NCBI GenBank assembly: GCA_043746635.1
Contig: JAYTQQ010000160.1
Location: 1-60,221 of the forward strand
DNA length: 60,221 bases
From: Bdellovibrionales bacterium
Lineage (GTDB): Bacteria > Bdellovibrionota > Bdellovibrionia > Bdellovibrionales > JAMPXM01
Direction: 5' to 3'
Part shown: positions 60,051 to 60,221 of the stretch, piece by piece
Layout: every line of letters starts with the position of its first letter
How positions within the stretch are numbered: the first letter of the stretch is position 1
Notes under the pieces: generated by a model
Seen by the model: the letters and a program-made list of their open reading frames with translations, nothing else
Told to the model about the DNA's origin: nothing
The model's database searches: none
Made by a program: the position numbers and the translations under genes

Positions 60051-60221
60051 CAAACTTCACCTGGAACTGTGACTCCTTCGGATCTCTTACAATAAGAATA
60101 TCGTCGCCGTGCGATTTAACAGCGATCAAATCAAAGGCACACCTACGCTCATCAAGGTACACAACGACGTTTGTGTGACCATCAGGTTTGAGAGCCTTGA
60201 TGATCAAATCGTTTTTGATTT
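60043..60221 (-). CDS. C-terminal fragment of a possible VirB9/TrbG-like protein (5' end off the window)
   Basis: Own translation: ...IKNDLIIKALKPDGHTNVVVYLDERRCAFDLIAVKSHGDDILIVRDPKESQFQVKFDE*. Beta-rich with a T-N-V-V-V...F-D-L pattern. Its stop overlaps the next start in ATGAATGA. Confidence 0.3.
   Translation of the reverse strand, partial: IKNDLIIKALKPDGHTNVVVYLDERRCAFDLIAVKSHGDDILIVRDPKESQFQVKFDE

Larger units (their letters stand above)
54041..60221. mobile_element. integrative conjugative/mobilisable element inserted next to tRNA-Leu; right end lies beyond the window
   Basis: An unbroken minus-strand block abuts the tRNA 3' end: large serine recombinase, small coupled ORF, two small ORFs (one a lipoprotein), replication-relaxation-like protein, FtsK-type ATPase, VirB10-like and VirB9-like proteins. 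Confidence 0.65.

Overview
The window looks like a roughly 60 kb chromosomal segment of a moderately AT-rich Gram-negative bacterium. The gene content is a low-confidence fit to a Bdellovibrio-like or Bacteriovorax-like predator: yggS-proC-divIVA in a diderm, tandem short flagellins, DUF3015/DUF4105 proteins, many secreted hydrolases and frequent sigma-54 signatures. All calls come from reading the ORF translations and the DNA by eye. No database search was run. About two thirds of the window is ordinary housekeeping: exbB/exbD-like, maf, yggS, proC, divIVA, valS, trmO, glmU-glmS, purD, a thiolase/SDR/glutaryl-CoA dehydrogenase cluster, thyA-folA, ubiB, rnr. Five things stand out. (1) A tightly packed seven-gene minus-strand operon (2928-10507). 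It encodes an orphan TadC-like membrane protein, DUF192, three membrane proteins carrying four FHA domains in total, a PP2C-like protein lacking catalytic Asp residues, and a small radical SAM enzyme. It has no kinase, no ATPase and no enzymatic output domain, and I do not recognise it as a described system. (2) A sigma-54 module (27660-33392). It comprises a cytoplasmic GAF-PAS histidine kinase, an NtrC-type activator and a near-consensus TGGCAC-N5-TTGC promoter driving a small secreted protein. Three further sigma-54-like promoters lie elsewhere in the window. (3) Tandem flagellin genes separated by a structured 543-nt spacer. The spacer contains a terminator, a perfect 21-bp palindrome and a 4-codon uORF abutting the second flagellin start. 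(4) tRNA-Leu(CAG) at 53976-54062 is followed immediately by an integrative, conjugative-type element that runs off the right edge. The element carries a large serine recombinase whose last codons are antisense to the tRNA 3' end, a replication-relaxation-like protein, an FtsK-type coupling ATPase and VirB10-like and VirB9-like proteins. Three of its gene junctions are 8-nt start/stop overlaps. (5) Several apparent pseudoenzymes and low-complexity proteins: a sulfatase-like lipoprotein without the C/S-x-P-x-R motif, an SDR without its catalytic residues, and a lipoprotein with an extreme Tyr/Asn/Gly tail. No CRISPR array, rRNA or transposase was seen.
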